In this document: positions 52,781 through 55,796 of the stretch, in pieces | How positions within the stretch are numbered: position 1 is the stretch's first letter | Layout: every line of letters starts with the position of its first letter | NCBI GenBank assembly: GCA_009392095.1 | Contig: VFHF01000182.1 | Location: 1 to 55,796, forward strand | Length of the DNA: 55,796 nt | Reading direction: 5' to 3' | Origin: SAR202 cluster bacterium | Lineage (GTDB): Bacteria; Chloroflexota; Dehalococcoidia; Lucifugimonadales; UBA3495 | Program-made: the position numbers and the translations under genes | The notes under the pieces: model-generated | What the model saw: the letters and a program-made list of their open reading frames with translations, nothing else | Told to the model about the DNA's origin: nothing | The model's database searches: none

Positions 52781-53989
52781 ATGAGTAAGAACATCATTGA
52801 AGTAGACCCAGCCAAGTTCCCTTGGTTGGACTTGAACCGGTATACATTTTGCATGGGAGCGGAGAACAGCGGCATCCTGTATCTGTCCGGCCAGACCGCC
52901 AGTGAGTATGACCCGAAGCTGGACCGGGTGGTCTGCAAGGGCGACCTGCTGGATCAAACACGAGTGATTTATGAAAAGCTAGCCGTGGTTTTGAAAGCCG
53001 CGGGAATGAGCTTCCAGAATGTGGTGCAGACGGTGGACTACATCGACGCAACCGCGCTGCCCCTGTATCGCGAGACCGGCGCCATCCGGAAGGAGTATTT
53101 GGGAGACAACAACCCGCTGGGCGCCACGGGCATCTGCGTGGAACGGTTGCTGCGGCCCGACGCCTTCATCGAAGTGAGCATGGTGGCGATGCGGGGCGAG
53201 AAGAAGCCCATCAATCCCGGCTGGGACCGCTACGGCCAGCTAACCTACGTGCCTGGAGTGGAAGTGGAAGACATGGTCTGGACCTCAGGATTCGTCGGTA
53301 GCGAGGATATTAATGGTCAGACCAACTACCCACAGGACACGGCCAGGCAGGTGGAGCTGACCTACGGCATCATCGGCAAGGTGCTGGCTGGCGCTGGCGT
53401 TGGGCCCGAAGACGTGGTCAAGACTTTGGACTACATCTCGCCACAGTGCCTGCTCCAATACCCGAACACGGCGGATGTGCGCCGGGGCTTCTTCGGAGAC
53501 CGCTTCCCAGCGTCCACCAACATTCCTGTAAACCGTTTACTGCGTCCGGAGGGACACGTGGAGATCGAAGTGGTGGCGGTTAAAGGCGGCGACAGGCAAG
53601 AGATTCGAGTGCCCGAATGGGAACAGCATTACGGCGGCCTCACTCAGAATGCTGGGGTCAAGAAAGGCCGGATGCTCCAGATATCAGGCCAGTCTTCGGT
53701 GGACCCGGCAACTGGGGCCACGGTTGGAGGATACGATATCGTAGCCCAGGCCGAGCAGGCCTACAGCAATATCGCCCGCATCATGGGCGAGGGCGGCTAT
53801 TCGATGGATGACATCGTGAACACCATCGAATGGGTCGCCCCCAACGGAATGATGGACTACCGGAAGGTGGGAGAGGTGCGGCGCAAGTACTTCGGCGACC
53901 GATTCCCCTCTGCCACTGGGGTTTCGATGCACCAGATACTGGGCCGGCCGGAGCAGTTGATCGAGGTTACGGCTGTAGCTGTGATTTAG
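52781..53989 (+). CDS. triple-domain RidA/YjgF/TdcF-family fusion protein
   Basis: 402 aa made of three ~131-aa repeats. Each repeat has a helix (QTRVIYEKLAVVLKAAG / QVELTYGIIGKVLAGAG / QAEQAYSNIARIMGEGG), an R(K/R)x(Y/F)(L/F)GD motif at aa 103, 234 and 366, and a ..RLLRP..IEV..VA ending. Confidence 0.75.
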   Translation: MSKNIIEVDPAKFPWLDLNRYTFCMGAENSGILYLSGQTASEYDPKLDRVVCKGDLLDQTRVIYEKLAVVLKAAGMSFQNVVQTVDYIDATALPLYRETGAIRKEYLGDNNPLGATGICVERLLRPDAFIEVSMVAMRGEKKPINPGWDRYGQLTYVPGVEVEDMVWTSGFVGSEDINGQTNYPQDTARQVELTYGIIGKVLAGAGVGPEDVVKTLDYISPQCLLQYPNTADVRRGFFGDRFPASTNIPVNRLLRPEGHVEIEVVAVKGGDRQEIRVPEWEQHYGGLTQNAGVKKGRMLQISGQSSVDPATGATVGGYDIVAQAEQAYSNIARIMGEGGYSMDDIVNTIEWVAPNGMMDYRKVGEVRRKYFGDRFPSATGVSMHQILGRPEQLIEVTAVAVI

Positions 53990-54035
53990 GCTGAAATAAG
54001 CGGATTCTGAGGTTTACTGCCCGCCCGGGGTTATC

Positions 54036-54437
54036 GTGCATTCAACCACGGGTCCGACCCCTGCGGAGTCACCCGCGCCACCTGACGGCGGAGGTGTCTC
54101 AGTGGACGGGGATTCGATAGTCATTACTTCGCCGTCACCGCTCGTGATCGTCGTCTCGATCATATCCGCCACAACCAACTCTGCATCTGGCGAATCCCAC
54201 TTCAGGGCGTCTGACGATACTGCCGTTGGGTCAGGCGGAGATTCCGACTGTTGTGCGGCGGTGGTCGTTGGATATCAGCTGCCCAACGATGTGGTTAGCG
54301 TGTCGGTGCGGATTCCACCAGAAACTGAAGTTACCAACGTTTCTCCCGAGCCAACTTCTGCTACGACCGGTTGGCTTGGTCTCGAATTCCCATTGAATCA
54401 AGATACCGAACTGACGGTGTCATTTCGCGTCCGTTAG
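54036..54437 (+). CDS. doubtful hypothetical ORF
   Basis: Only open frame in a 527-nt gap. GTG start, no RBS, low-complexity N-terminus. The C-terminal part has a beta-rich pattern (VVSVSVRIPPETEVTNVSP..TELTVSFRVR). Confidence 0.25.
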   Translation: MHSTTGPTPAESPAPPDGGGVSVDGDSIVITSPSPLVIVVSIISATTNSASGESHFRASDDTAVGSGGDSDCCAAVVVGYQLPNDVVSVSVRIPPETEVTNVSPEPTSATTGWLGLEFPLNQDTELTVSFRVR

Positions 54438-54516
54438 CGAGGTGAAATCGGGTCCAGCTCTCCACTGCTATGCGCCGCTTAGGCCGACGGCATTGCCCAG
54501 GTGAAACTCCGTTCCG

Positions 54517-55236
54517 TTAATTGGTCTCATGTTCTTCGGTTGCTCCGTCTGCATCCGCCCTATTATCGCCACCATTTTTCGGATCATTCTCAGTAGAAAG
54601 CTTTGCCGCTTCGGCTGCGGACTGCTGCTGATCCATCCAGTTCTGGAACCATCGGCGGTACTCGTCCAGGGCTGGTGGCGACACGTAGAACACCTCGATG
54701 TCGCTGGGGAATTGGACCTGATGGCGTTCGCTGATCAACAGCAGCCCTGTCTCGTTCTCCCCGAGGGTGTTGTCGATCTGGTCGGCGATGTGTTCGTAGC
54801 GTTGGCGGTTACTGTCGGCATGCCATTCCTGGAGCCTCGATCCAACATTAGCGCTGGCCAGAGGAATCATCATGCACCGCTGGAGATCCAGGGTTTCCAG
54901 CAGAACATCCATGTCCTCGGTTGCCTCCAGAACTGCGCCGGACAGGGTCTTGGCGGTGATGAAGCCATGGCTGCGCTGGTCGGCGGCGCCCAGTTGTTCC
55001 AGGCCTTCGTCTTCGCCTACGGTCAGGCTTTCATGGTAGATGTGCTGTAGGCCTCCCAGAGCGGCCTCCAGGGCATCTACCTGGGTCTGCATCTGCTCCC
55101 AGTAATTCTGAAGGACCTCCGCCCCGGCAGGGTCGTCTGCTTGGGGTCCGTAGATAAGGGGCACCAGTAACAGCTTGCGCCGGCCGTCATACTGGCTCGC
55201 CGTAGGGCGCTGAATCCGGCCCAGTTCTTCCGCCAT
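54517..55236 (-). CDS. conserved hypothetical protein
   Basis: 239 aa. GGGAGG RBS. Protein-like composition with an acidic/basic C-terminal tail. Family not recognised. Confidence 0.6.
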   Translation of the reverse strand: MAEELGRIQRPTASQYDGRRKLLLVPLIYGPQADDPAGAEVLQNYWEQMQTQVDALEAALGGLQHIYHESLTVGEDEGLEQLGAADQRSHGFITAKTLSGAVLEATEDMDVLLETLDLQRCMMIPLASANVGSRLQEWHADSNRQRYEHIADQIDNTLGENETGLLLISERHQVQFPSDIEVFYVSPPALDEYRRWFQNWMDQQQSAAEAAKLSTENDPKNGGDNRADADGATEEHETN

Positions 55237-55355
55237 GATGCCGCCTCCCGGTGCGGTGAAGTCGCGTGTAACGCCGATTGGAATGACCCGTCACCATGAA
55301 TTGTATTGACGCTCAGGGACGGAGGCAAGTTGCCGTGGTGGTTGGGAATGGCGTT

Positions 55356-55364
55356 TGCTAAACT
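55356..55364 (+). promoter_or_regulatory. extended -10 element TGCTAAACT upstream of the zinc-ribbon gene
   Basis: Lies 43 nt upstream of ATG 55408. Confidence 0.3.
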
Positions 55365-55407
55365 GGAGAAGCTCCGAACATCGATGTTTTCCCCAGGAGA
55401 TGCAATT

Positions 55408-55614
55408 ATGGTCGCCACCAACTTCCACTGCGCCAAGTGCGCAAACCAAGAGTACGAGACCAGTGAATTCAGGGCGACGGGTGGGTTCTTGTCCAAGATA
55501 TTTGACATCCAGAACCGCAAATTCACCACGGTGACCTGCACCCGTTGCAAGTACACAGAAATCTACAAGGCCGACAGCAGCGCGTTGGGAAATATATTTG
55601 ATTTGTTTACTTAG
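55408..55614 (+). CDS. zinc-ribbon protein (Zn_ribbon_13/DUF2082-like)
   Basis: Start at ATG 55408, 8 nt after AGGAGA. 68 aa with a CxxC..CxxC pattern (FHCAKCAN...VTCTRCKYTEIY). Confidence 0.7.
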   Translation: MVATNFHCAKCANQEYETSEFRATGGFLSKIFDIQNRKFTTVTCTRCKYTEIYKADSSALGNIFDLFT

Positions 55615-55616
55615 TT

Positions 55617-55706
55617 TGGCGGAGAGAGTGGGATTCGAACCCACGATGAAGTTGCCCCCATACCGGTTTTCGAGACCGGCGCTTTCGTCCGCTCAGCCAT
55701 CTCTCC
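55617..55706 (-). tRNA. tRNA-Ser (anticodon CGA), CCA encoded
   Basis: The reverse complement folds as a class II tRNA: acceptor GGAGAGA/TCTCTCC, anticodon stem CCGGT/ACCGG with loop CUCGAAA, a long variable arm, T-arm GTGGG-TTCGAAT-CCCAC, then G-CCA. Confidence 0.9.
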
Positions 55707-55796
55707 GAGGCTACTATTATAGCCGATGATTTGGCTTTAGCGCACGCCTGACCGAGGCTTGTGAAATCTGGTACAATATCTCCAGATAGCCCCAGT

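Overview
Dense, moderately GC-rich chromosomal segment using the standard bacterial code (many genes end in TGA). I call about 58 CDS, 1 tRNA and no rRNA, CRISPR array or intact mobile element. Most of it is core or accessory metabolism. From left to right: a radical-SAM/SPASM gene with two tandem PAP2-like membrane paralogues; a CoxD/CoxE-like MoxR-VWA pair; an organosulfur block (MFS transporter, two signal-less sulfite-oxidase-family Mo enzymes, a cupin, a CDO-like thiol dioxygenase); PadR-arsM; an enolase-superfamily gene; a NIPSNAP tandem duplicate; Zn-ADH; pcrA; an arginine cluster (argJ, argB, UPF0182 membrane protein, argD, argG); acyl-CoA dehydrogenase, HIT and yqeK; sat-aprBA; and a catabolic cluster with an LLM flavin monooxygenase, a crotonase, a split MaoC hydratase, twin CaiB/BaiF CoA-transferases and a triple-RidA fusion. 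It ends at tRNA-Ser(CGA). The gene content (paralogous FMN monooxygenase, enolase and CoA-transferase genes plus SUOX and aprBA/sat), the Gram-positive-type LexA boxes and the extended -10 promoters suggest a Chloroflexota genome, possibly SAR202-like. That assignment is inference only. Main hunt results: (1) an ORF missing from the six-frame track at 40332-40685, with an in-frame UGA followed by a hairpin carrying a GGUC loop, is a candidate small HesB-like selenoprotein; (2) tandem GAAC-N4-GTTC SOS boxes lie on the promoter of a small Cys4+HTH gene next to a decayed GIY-YIG gene; (3) a single polypeptide carries three RidA domains; (4) sat-aprBA has no Qmo/AprM partner and an intrinsic terminator sits between sat and aprB; (5) families of short structured intergenic repeats, including two ~145-150-nt inverted-repeat elements with a compensatory base-pair swap. 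No database search was run; all family calls rest on motif recognition.
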